A stretch of DNA of 64,000 bases from Escherichia coli (GTDB taxonomy: Bacteria; Pseudomonadota; Gammaproteobacteria; Enterobacterales; Enterobacteriaceae): NCBI RefSeq assembly GCF_003334785.1, contig NZ_QOWV01000012.1, one strand, 5' to 3'. Every line of letters starts with the position of its first letter. The stretch's first letter is position 1. The notes under the pieces were generated by a model that did no database searches, had not been told where the DNA came from, and worked only from the letters and a program-made list of their open reading frames with translations. This document shows, piece after piece, positions 55,708 to 64,000 of the stretch. The translations under genes and the position numbers were made by a program.

Positions 55708-58170
55708 ATGCGAGTGTTGAAGTTCGGCGGTACATCAGTGGCAAATGCAGAACGTTTTCTGCGGGTTGCCGATATTCTGGAAAGCAATGCCAGGCAGGGG
55801 CAGGTGGCCACCGTCCTCTCTGCCCCCGCCAAAATCACCAACCACCTGGTGGCGATGATTGAAAAAACCATTAGCGGCCAGGATGCTTTACCCAATATCA
55901 GCGATGCCGAACGTATTTTTGCCGAACTTTTGACGGGACTCGCCGCCGCCCAGCCGGGATTCCCGCTGGCGCAATTGAAAACTTTCGTCGACCAGGAATT
56001 TGCCCAAATAAAACATGTCCTGCATGGCATTAGTTTGTTAGGGCAGTGCCCGGATAGCATTAACGCTGCGCTGATTTGCCGTGGCGAGAAAATGTCGATC
56101 GCCATTATGGCCGGCGTGTTAGAAGCGCGTGGTCACAACGTTACCGTTATCGATCCGGTCGAAAAACTACTGGCAGTGGGGCATTACCTCGAATCTACCG
56201 TCGATATTGCTGAGTCCACCCGCCGTATTGCGGCAAGTCGTATTCCGGCTGATCACATGGTGCTGATGGCAGGCTTCACCGCCGGTAATGAAAAAGGCGA
56301 ACTGGTGGTACTTGGACGCAACGGTTCCGACTACTCCGCGGCGGTGCTGGCTGCCTGTTTACGCGCCGATTGTTGCGAGATTTGGACGGACGTTGACGGG
56401 GTCTATACCTGCGACCCGCGTCAGGTGCCCGATGCGAGGTTGTTGAAGTCGATGTCCTACCAGGAAGCGATGGAGCTTTCCTACTTCGGCGCTAAAGTTC
56501 TTCACCCCCGCACCATTACCCCCATCGCCCAGTTCCAGATCCCTTGCCTGATTAAAAATACCGGAAATCCTCAAGCACCAGGTACGCTCATTGGTGCCAG
56601 TCGTGATGAAGACGAATTACCGGTCAAGGGCATTTCCAATCTGAATAACATGGCAATGTTCAGCGTTTCCGGCCCGGGGATGAAAGGAATGGTCGGCATG
56701 GCGGCGCGCGTCTTTGCCGCGATGTCACGCGCCCGTATTTCCGTGGTGCTGATTACGCAATCATCTTCCGAATACAGTATCAGTTTCTGCGTTCCGCAAA
56801 GCGACTGTGTGCGGGCTGAACGGGCAATGCAGGAAGAGTTCTACCTGGAACTGAAAGAAGGCTTACTGGAGCCGCTGGCGGTGACGGAACGGCTGGCCAT
56901 TATCTCGGTGGTAGGTGATGGTATGCGTACCTTGCGTGGGATCTCGGCGAAATTCTTTGCCGCGCTGGCCCGCGCCAATATCAACATTGTCGCTATTGCT
57001 CAGGGATCTTCTGAACGCTCAATCTCTGTCGTGGTAAATAACGATGATGCGACCACTGGCGTGCGCGTTACTCATCAGATGCTGTTCAATACCGATCAGG
57101 TTATCGAAGTGTTTGTGATTGGCGTCGGTGGCGTTGGCGGTGCGCTGCTGGAGCAACTGAAGCGTCAACAAAGCTGGCTGAAGAATAAACATATCGACTT
57201 ACGTGTCTGCGGTGTTGCCAACTCGAAGGCACTGCTCACCAATGTGCATGGCCTAAATCTGGAAAACTGGCAGGAAGAACTGGCGCAAGCCAAAGAGCCG
57301 TTTAATCTCGGGCGCTTAATTCGCCTCGTGAAAGAATATCATCTGCTGAACCCGGTCATTGTTGACTGCACCTCCAGCCAGGCAGTGGCGGATCAATATG
57401 CCGACTTCCTGCGCGAAGGTTTCCACGTTGTCACGCCGAACAAAAAGGCCAACACCTCGTCGATGGATTACTACCATCTGTTGCGTCATGCGGCGGAAAA
57501 ATCGCGGCGGAAATTCCTCTATGACACCAACGTTGGGGCTGGATTACCGGTTATTGAAAACCTGCAAAATCTGCTCAATGCTGGTGATGAATTGATGAAG
57601 TTCTCCGGCATTCTTTCAGGATCGCTTTCTTATATCTTCGGCAAGTTAGACGAAGGCATGAGTTTCTCCGAGGCGACCACGCTGGCACGGGAAATGGGTT
57701 ATACCGAACCGGATCCGCGAGATGATCTTTCTGGTATGGATGTGGCGCGTAAACTATTGATTCTCGCCCGTGAAACGGGACGTGAACTGGAGCTGGCGGA
57801 TATTGAAATTGAACCTGTGCTGCCCGCAGAGTTTAACGCCGAGGGTGATGTTGCCGCTTTTATGGCGAATCTGTCACAGCTCGACGATCGCTTTGCCGCG
57901 CGCGTGGCGAAGGCCCGTGATGAAGGAAAAGTTTTGCGCTATGTTGGCAATATTGATGAAGATGGCGTCTGTCGCGTGAAGATTGCCGAAGTGGATGGTA
58001 ATGATCCGCTGTTCAAAGTGAAAAATGGCGAAAACGCCCTGGCCTTCTATAGCCACTATTATCAGCCGCTGCCGTTGGTGCTGCGCGGATATGGTGCGGG
58101 CAATGACGTTACCGCTGCTGGTGTCTTTGCCGATCTGCTGCGTACCCTCTCATGGAAGTTAGGAGTCTGA
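55708..58170 (+). CDS. thrA: bifunctional aspartokinase I / homoserine dehydrogenase I
   Basis: 820-aa [53 protein letters not shown]...; recognised ThrA. Confidence 0.98.
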   Translation: MRVLKFGGTSVANAERFLRVADILESNARQGQVATVLSAPAKITNHLVAMIEKTISGQDALPNISDAERIFAELLTGLAAAQPGFPLAQLKTFVDQEFAQIKHVLHGISLLGQCPDSINAALICRGEKMSIAIMAGVLEARGHNVTVIDPVEKLLAVGHYLESTVDIAESTRRIAASRIPADHMVLMAGFTAGNEKGELVVLGRNGSDYSAAVLAACLRADCCEIWTDVDGVYTCDPRQVPDARLLKSMSYQEAMELSYFGAKVLHPRTITPIAQFQIPCLIKNTGNPQAPGTLIGASRDEDELPVKGISNLNNMAMFSVSGPGMKGMVGMAARVFAAMSRARISVVLITQSSSEYSISFCVPQSDCVRAERAMQEEFYLELKEGLLEPLAVTERLAIISVVGDGMRTLRGISAKFFAALARANINIVAIAQGSSERSISVVVNNDDATTGVRVTHQMLFNTDQVIEVFVIGVGGVGGALLEQLKRQQSWLKNKHIDLRVCGVANSKALLTNVHGLNLENWQEELAQAKEPFNLGRLIRLVKEYHLLNPVIVDCTSSQAVADQYADFLREGFHVVTPNKKANTSSMDYYHLLRHAAEKSRRKFLYDTNVGAGLPVIENLQNLLNAGDELMKFSGILSGSLSYIFGKLDEGMSFSEATTLAREMGYTEPDPRDDLSGMDVARKLLILARETGRELELADIEIEPVLPAEFNAEGDVAAFMANLSQLDDRFAARVAKARDEGKVLRYVGNIDEDGVCRVKIAEVDGNDPLFKVKNGENALAFYSHYYQPLPLVLRGYGAGNDVTAAGVFADLLRTLSWKLGV

Positions 58171-58171
58171 C

Positions 58172-59104
58172 ATGGTTAAAGTTTATGCCCCGGCTTCCAG
58201 TGCCAATATGAGCGTCGGGTTTGATGTGCTCGGGGCGGCGGTGACACCCGTTGATGGTGCATTGCTCGGAGATGTAGTTACGGTTGAGGCGGCAGAGATA
58301 TTCAGTCTCAACAACCTCGGGCGCTTTGCCGATAAGCTGCCGTCAGAACCACGGGAAAATATCGTTTATCAGTGCTGGGAGCGTTTTTGCCAGGAGCTTG
58401 GCAAGCAAATTCCAGTGGCGATGACTCTGGAAAAGAATATGCCGATCGGTTCGGGCTTAGGCTCCAGCGCCTGTTCGGTGGTCGCGGCGCTGATGGCGAT
58501 GAATGAACACTGCGGCAAGCCGCTTAATGACACTCGTTTGCTGGCTTTGATGGGCGAGCTGGAAGGACGTATCTCCGGCAGCATTCATTACGACAACGTG
58601 GCACCGTGTTTTCTAGGTGGTATGCAGTTGATGATCGAAGAAAACGACATCATCAGCCAGCAAGTGCCTGGGTTTGATGAGTGGCTGTGGGTGCTGGCGT
58701 ATCCGGGGATTAAAGTCTCGACGGCAGAAGCCCGGGCTATTTTACCGGCGCAGTATCGCCGCCAGGATTGCATTGCGCACGGGCGACATCTGGCAGGCTT
58801 CATTCACGCCTGCTATTCCCGTCAGCCTGAGCTTGCCGCGAAGCTGATGAAAGATGTTATCGCTGAACCCTACCGTGAACGATTACTGCCAGGCTTCCGG
58901 CAGGCGCGGCAGGCGGTCGCGGAAATCGGCGCGGTAGCGAGCGGTATCTCCGGCTCCGGCCCGACCTTGTTCGCTCTGTGTGACAAGCCGGATACCGCCC
59001 AGCGCGTTGCCGACTGGTTGGGTAAGAACTACCTGCAAAATCAGGAAGGTTTTGTTCATATTTGCCGGCTGGATACGGCGGGCGCACGAGTACTGGAAAA
59101 CTAA
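58172..59104 (+). CDS. thrB: homoserine kinase
   Basis: 310-aa [27 protein letters not shown]..., GHMP kinase motif [10 protein letters not shown]. Confidence 0.98.
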   Translation: MVKVYAPASSANMSVGFDVLGAAVTPVDGALLGDVVTVEAAEIFSLNNLGRFADKLPSEPRENIVYQCWERFCQELGKQIPVAMTLEKNMPIGSGLGSSACSVVAALMAMNEHCGKPLNDTRLLALMGELEGRISGSIHYDNVAPCFLGGMQLMIEENDIISQQVPGFDEWLWVLAYPGIKVSTAEARAILPAQYRRQDCIAHGRHLAGFIHACYSRQPELAAKLMKDVIAEPYRERLLPGFRQARQAVAEIGAVASGISGSGPTLFALCDKPDTAQRVADWLGKNYLQNQEGFVHICRLDTAGARVLEN

Positions 59105-60391
59105 ATGAAACTCTACAATCTGAAAGATCACAACGAGCAGGTCAGCTTTGCGCAAGCCGTAACCCAGGGGTTGGGCAAAAATCAGGGGCTGTTTTTTCCG
59201 CATGACCTGCCGGAATTCAGCCTGACTGAAATTGATGAGATGCTGAAGCTGGATTTTGTCACCCGCAGTGCGAAGATCCTCTCGGCGTTTATTGGTGATG
59301 AAATCCCGCAGGAAATCCTGGAAGAGCGCGTGCGCGCGGCGTTTGCCTTCCCGGCTCCGGTCGCCAATGTTGAAAGCGATGTCGGTTGTCTGGAATTGTT
59401 CCACGGGCCAACGCTGGCATTTAAAGATTTCGGCGGTCGCTTTATGGCACAAATGCTGACCCATATTGCGGGTGATAAGCCAGTGACCATTCTGACCGCG
59501 ACCTCCGGTGATACCGGAGCGGCAGTGGCTCATGCTTTCTACGGTTTGCCGAATGTGAAAGTGGTTATCCTCTATCCACGAGGCAAAATCAGTCCACTGC
59601 AAGAAAAACTGTTCTGTACATTGGGCGGCAATATCGAAACTGTTGCCATCGACGGCGATTTCGATGCCTGTCAGGCGCTGGTGAAGCAGGCGTTTGATGA
59701 TGAAGAACTGAAAGTGGCGCTGGGGTTAAACTCAGCTAACTCGATTAACATCAGCCGTTTGCTGGCGCAGATTTGCTACTACTTTGAAGCTGTTGCGCAG
59801 CTGCCGCAGGAGGCGCGCAACCAGCTGGTTGTTTCGGTACCAAGCGGAAACTTCGGCGATTTGACGGCGGGTCTGCTGGCGAAGTCACTCGGTCTGCCGG
59901 TGAAACGTTTTATTGCTGCGACCAACGTGAACGATACCGTGCCACGTTTCCTGCACGACGGTCAGTGGTCCCCCAAAGCGACTCAGGCGACGTTATCCAA
60001 CGCGATGGACGTGAGTCAGCCGAACAACTGGCCGCGTGTGGAAGAGTTGTTCCGCCGCAAAATCTGGCAACTGAAAGAGCTGGGTTATGCAGCCGTGGAT
60101 GATGAAACCACGCAACAGACAATGCGTGAGTTAAAAGAACTGGGCTACACCTCGGAGCCGCACGCTGCCGTAGCGTATCGTGCGCTGCGTGACCAGTTGA
60201 ATCCAGGCGAATATGGCTTGTTCCTCGGCACCGCGCATCCGGCGAAATTTAAAGAGAGCGTGGAAGCGATTCTCGGTGAAACGTTGGATCTGCCAAAAGA
60301 GCTGGCAGAACGTGCTGATTTACCCTTGCTTTCACATAATCTGCCCGCCGATTTTGCTGCGTTGCGTAAATTGATGATGAATCATCAGTAA
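59105..60391 (+). CDS. thrC: threonine synthase
   Basis: 428-aa ORF MKLYNLKDHNEQVSFAQAVTQGLGKNQGLFFP..., PLP lysine motif (TLAFKDFG). Confidence 0.98.
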   Translation: MKLYNLKDHNEQVSFAQAVTQGLGKNQGLFFPHDLPEFSLTEIDEMLKLDFVTRSAKILSAFIGDEIPQEILEERVRAAFAFPAPVANVESDVGCLELFHGPTLAFKDFGGRFMAQMLTHIAGDKPVTILTATSGDTGAAVAHAFYGLPNVKVVILYPRGKISPLQEKLFCTLGGNIETVAIDGDFDACQALVKQAFDDEELKVALGLNSANSINISRLLAQICYYFEAVAQLPQEARNQLVVSVPSGNFGDLTAGLLAKSLGLPVKRFIAATNVNDTVPRFLHDGQWSPKATQATLSNAMDVSQPNNWPRVEELFRRKIWQLKELGYAAVDDETTQQTMRELKELGYTSEPHAAVAYRALRDQLNPGEYGLFLGTAHPAKFKESVEAILGETLDLPKELAERADLPLLSHNLPADFAALRKLMMNHQ

Positions 60392-60414
60392 CATCTATTC
60401 ATTATCTCAATCAG

Positions 60415-60448
60415 GCCGGGTTTGCTTTTATGCAGCCCGGCTTTTTTG
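60415..60448 (+). terminator. Rho-independent terminator of thr operon
   Basis: Hairpin GCCGGGTTTGCTTTTATGCAGCCCGGC followed by TTTTTTG. Confidence 0.85.
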
Positions 60449-60604
60449 TGAAGAAAATATGGAGAGAAACGACAGGGAAAAAGGAGAAATTCTCAATAAA
60501 TGCGGTAACTTAGAGATTAGGATTGCGGAGAATAACAACCGCCGTTCTCATCGCGTAATCTCCGGATATCGACCCATAACGGGCAATGATAAAAGGAGTA
60601 ACCT

Positions 60605-60901
60605 GTGAAAAAGATGCAATCTATCGTACTCGCACTTTCCCTGGTTCTGGTCGCTCCCATGGCAGCGCAGGCTGCGGAAATTACGTTAGTCCCGTCAGTA
60701 AAATTACAGATAGGCGATCGTGATAATCGCGGTTATTACTGGGATGGCGGTCACTGGCGCGACCACGGCTGGTGGAAACAACATTATGAATGGCGAGGCA
60801 ATCGCTGGCACCCACACGGACCGCCGCCACCGCCGCGTCACCATAAGAAAGCTCATCATGATCATCACGGCGGTCATGGTCCAGGCAAACATCACCGCTA
60901 A
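60605..60901 (+). CDS. yaaX: DUF2502 secreted protein YaaX with His/Pro-rich C-terminal tail
   Basis: 98-aa ORF (GTG start) with signal peptide [23 protein letters not shown]; tail [30 protein letters not shown]. Confidence 0.85.
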   Translation: MKKMQSIVLALSLVLVAPMAAQAAEITLVPSVKLQIGDRDNRGYYWDGGHWRDHGWWKQHYEWRGNRWHPHGPPPPPRHHKKAHHDHHGGHGPGKHHR

Positions 60902-60933
60902 ATGACAAATGCCGGGTAACAATCCGGCATTCA

Positions 60934-61041
60934 GCGCCTGATGCGACGCTGGCGCGTCTTATCAGGCCTACGTGAATTCTGCAATATATTGAATCTGCAT
61001 GCTTTTGTAGGCCGGATAAGGCGTTCACGCCGCATCCGGCA
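60934..61041. repeat. REP/BIME palindromic elements between yaaX and yaaA
   Basis: GCGCCTGATGCGACGCTGGCGCGTCTTATCAGGCCTAC and GTAGGCCGGATAAGGCGTTCACGCCGCATCCGGCA. Confidence 0.88.
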
Positions 61042-61053
61042 TTGACTGCAAAC

Positions 61054-61830
61054 TTAACGCTGCTCGTAGCGTTTAAACACCAGTTCGCCATTGCTGGAGG
61101 AAGCTTCATCAAAGAAGTAACCTTCGCTATTAAAACCAGTCAGTTGCTCTGGTTTGGTCAGCCGATTTTCAATAATAAAACGACTCATCAGACCGCGTGC
61201 TTTCTTAGCGTAGAAGCTGATTATCTTAAATTTGCCGTTCTTCTCATCGAGGAACACCGGCTTGATAATCTCGGCATTCAATTTCTTCGGCTTCACCGAT
61301 TTAAAATACTCATCTGACGCCAGATTAATCACCACATTATCGCCTTGTGCTGCGAGCGCCTCGTTCAGCTTGTTGGTGATGATATCTCCCCAGAATTGAT
61401 ACAGATCTTTCCCTCGGGCATTCTCAAGACGGATCCCCATTTCCAGACGATAAGGCTGCATTAAATCGAGCGGGCGCAGTACGCCATACAAGCCGGAAAG
61501 CATTCGCAAATGCTGTTGGGCAAAATCGAAATCGTCTTCGCTGAAGGTTTCGGCCTGCAAGCCGGTGTAGACATCACCTTTAAACGCCAGAATCGCCTGG
61601 CGGGCATTCTCCGGCGTGAAATCTGGCTGCCAGTCATGAAAGCGAGCGGCGTTGATACCCGCCAGTTTGTCGCTGATGCGCATCAGCGTGCTAATCTGCG
61701 GAGGCGTCAGTTTCCGCGCTTCATGGATCAACTGCTGGGAATTGTCTAACAGCTCCGGCAGCGTATAGCGCGTGGTGGTCAACGGGCTTTGGTAATCAAG
61801 CGTTTTCGCAGGTGAAATAAGAATCAGCAT
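61054..61830 (-). CDS. yaaA: peroxide stress protein YaaA (DUF328)
   Basis: 258-aa [36 protein letters not shown]...; recognised YaaA. Confidence 0.95.
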   Translation of the reverse strand: MLILISPAKTLDYQSPLTTTRYTLPELLDNSQQLIHEARKLTPPQISTLMRISDKLAGINAARFHDWQPDFTPENARQAILAFKGDVYTGLQAETFSEDDFDFAQQHLRMLSGLYGVLRPLDLMQPYRLEMGIRLENARGKDLYQFWGDIITNKLNEALAAQGDNVVINLASDEYFKSVKPKKLNAEIIKPVFLDEKNGKFKIISFYAKKARGLMSRFIIENRLTKPEQLTGFNSEGYFFDEASSSNGELVFKRYEQR

Positions 61831-61899
61831 ATCCAGTCCTTGCAGGAAATTTATGCCGACTTTAGCAAAAAAAGAGAATGAGTTGATCGATAGTTGTGA

Positions 61900-63330
61900 T
61901 TACTCCTGCGAAACATCATCCCACGCGTCCGGAGAAAGCTGGCGGCCGATATCCGGATAACGCAACGGATCAAACACCGGGCGCACGCCGAGTTTACGCT
62001 GGCGTAGATAATCACTGGCAATGGTATGAACCACAGGCGAGAGCAGTAAAATGGCGGTCAAATTGGTAATAGCCATGCAGGCCATTATGATATCTGCCAG
62101 TTGCCACATCAGCGGAAGACTTAGCAAGGTGCCGCCGATGACCGTTGCGAAGGTGCAGATCCGCAAACACCAGATCGCTTTAGGGTTGTTCAGGCGTAAA
62201 AAGAAGAGATTGTTTTCGGCGTAAATGTAGTTGGCAACGATGGAGCTGAAGGCAAACAGAATAACCACGAGGGTAACAAACTCAGCACCCCAGGAACCCA
62301 TTAGCACCCGCATCGCCTTCTGGATAAGCTGAATACCTTCCAGCGGCATGTAGGTTGTGCCGTTACCCGCCAGTAATATCAGCATGGCGCTTGCCGTACA
62401 GATGACCAGGGTGTCGATAAAAATGCCAATCATCTGGACAATCCCTTGCGCTGCCGGATGCGGAGGCCAGGACGCCGCTGCCGCTGCCGCGTTTGGCGTC
62501 GACCCCATTCCCGCCTCATTGGAAAACATACTGCGCTGAAAACCGTTAGTAATCGCCTGGCTTAAGGTATATCCCGCCGCGCCGCCTGCCGCTTCCTGCC
62601 AGCCAAAAGCACTCTCAAAAATAGACCAAATGACGTGGGGAAGTTGCCCGATATTCATTACGCAAATCACCAGGCTGGTCAGTACCCAGATTATCGCCAT
62701 CAACGGGACAAACCCCTGCATGAGCCGGGCGACGCCATGAAGACCGCGAGTGATCGCCAGCAGAGCAAAGACAGCGAGAATAATACCTGTCACCAGCGGG
62801 GGAAAATCAAAAGAAAAACTCAGGGCTCGCGCAACGGCGTTCGCCTGAATTCCGCTGAAAATTATGCCGTAGGCGATGAGCAAAAAGACGGCGAACAGAA
62901 CGCCCATCCAGCGCATCCCCAGCCCGCGCGCCATATACCATGCCGGTCCGCCACGAAACTGCCCATTGGCATCACGTTCTTTATAAAGCTGTGCGAGGGA
63001 ACATTCGGCAAACGAGGTCGCCATGCCGATAAACGCGGCAACCCACATCCAGAAGACGGCTCCAGGTCCACCGGCGGTAATTGCCAGCGCAACGCCGGCC
63101 AGGTTGCCGCTACCCACGCGCGCCGCAAGACTGGTACACAATGACTGAAATGAGGTTAAACCGCCTGGCTGTGGATGAATGCTATTTTTAAGACTTTTGC
63201 CAAACTGGCGGATGTAGCGAAACTGCACAAATCCGGTGCGAAAAGTGAACCAACAACCTGCGCCGAAGAGCAGGTAAATCATTACCGATCCCCAAAGGAC
63301 GCTGTTAATAAAGGAGAAAAAATCTGGCAT
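61900..63330 (-). CDS. yaaJ: sodium:alanine (AGCS family) symporter YaaJ
   Basis: 476-aa polytopic membrane ORF MPDFFSFINSVLWGSVMIYLLFGAGCWFTFRTGFVQF...; recognised YaaJ. Confidence 0.93.
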   Translation of the reverse strand: MPDFFSFINSVLWGSVMIYLLFGAGCWFTFRTGFVQFRYIRQFGKSLKNSIHPQPGGLTSFQSLCTSLAARVGSGNLAGVALAITAGGPGAVFWMWVAAFIGMATSFAECSLAQLYKERDANGQFRGGPAWYMARGLGMRWMGVLFAVFLLIAYGIIFSGIQANAVARALSFSFDFPPLVTGIILAVFALLAITRGLHGVARLMQGFVPLMAIIWVLTSLVICVMNIGQLPHVIWSIFESAFGWQEAAGGAAGYTLSQAITNGFQRSMFSNEAGMGSTPNAAAAAASWPPHPAAQGIVQMIGIFIDTLVICTASAMLILLAGNGTTYMPLEGIQLIQKAMRVLMGSWGAEFVTLVVILFAFSSIVANYIYAENNLFFLRLNNPKAIWCLRICTFATVIGGTLLSLPLMWQLADIIMACMAITNLTAILLLSPVVHTIASDYLRQRKLGVRPVFDPLRYPDIGRQLSPDAWDDVSQE

Positions 63331-63608
63331 GCATATCCCTCTTATTGCCGGTCGCGATGACTTTCCTGTGTAAACGTTACCAATTGTTTAAGAAGTATAT
63401 ACGCTACGAGGTACTTGATAACTTCTGCGTAGCATACATGAGGTTTTGTATAAAAATGGCGGGCGATATCAACGCAGTGTCAGAAATCCGAAACAGTCTC
63501 GCCTGGCGATAACCGTCTTGTCGGCGGTTGCGCTGACGTTGCGTCGTGATATCATCAGGGCAGACCGGTTACATCCCCCTAACAAGCTGTTTAAAGAGAA
63601 ATACTATC

Positions 63609-64000
63609 ATGACGGACAAATTGACCTCCCTTCGTCAGTACACCACCGTAGTGGCCGACACTGGGGACATCGCGGCAATGAAGCTGTATCAACCGCAGGA
63701 TGCCACAACCAACCCTTCTCTCATTCTTAACGCAGCGCAGATTCCGGAATACCGTAAGTTGATTGATGATGCTGTCGCCTGGGCGAAACAGCAGAGCAAC
63801 GATCGCGCGCAGCAGATCGTGGACGCGACCGACAAACTGGCAGTAAATATTGGTCTGGAAATCCTGAAACTGGTTCCGGGCCGTATCTCAACTGAAGTTG
63901 ATGCGCGTCTTTCCTATGACACCGAAGCGTCAATTGCGAAAGCAAAACGCCTGATCAAACTCTACAACGATGCTGGTATTAGCAACGATCGTATTCTGAT
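63609..64000 (+). CDS. talB: transaldolase B; 3-prime end cut by window edge
   Basis: Frame from ATG at 63609 reads [108 protein letters not shown]...; runs off window end. Confidence 0.95.

Noticed and set aside
60681-61112. ORFs antisense to and overlapping yaaX (60681..61112, 60704..60922, 60720..60905)
   Set aside because: They overlap the yaaX gene and REP elements; translations are low complexity (the His-rich codon run read in other frames); no support as genes.

Overview
This window is an Escherichia coli chromosomal segment, almost entirely core genome, that runs from the 4-hydroxyphenylacetate (hpa) catabolic cluster through tsr, the lgo locus, opgB, dnaTC, yjjPB, yjjQ-bglJ, fhuF, a tRNA-Leu gene, rsmC, holD-rimI, prfC, osmY, yjjUV, yjjWI, deoCABD, lplA, serB, radA, nadR, ettA, slt, trpR, rob, creABCD, arcA, lasT and then across the conventional coordinate origin into thrLABC, yaaX, yaaA, yaaJ and the start of talB. 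All calls rest on reading the supplied ORF translations and the nucleotide sequence; no database search was run. Gene order and protein lengths match my recollection of E. coli K-12 from tsr to talB, with three apparent differences: (1) the hpaR-hpaGEDFHI meta-cleavage operon sits immediately upstream of tsr (this cluster is known from E. coli B/C/W and is absent from K-12); (2) the deoD-lplA interval carries only a short 87-aa XRE-type helix-turn-helix ORF where K-12 is recalled to carry the HipA-like kinase gene yjjJ (hipH); (3) only one tRNA-Leu(CAG) gene lies upstream of rsmC where K-12 has the leuQPV triplet. I found no insertion sequence, integrase, prophage remnant, CRISPR array or recognisable defence or secretion island. 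The least understood biology here is the conserved YjjI/YjjW glycyl-radical enzyme and activase pair (function unknown) and the orphan HTH ORF; neither is clearly a new system, and I do not claim one. Several REP/BIME palindromic arrays produce spurious ORFs in the six-frame track, and many long antisense ORFs overlie well-conserved genes; these were rejected.
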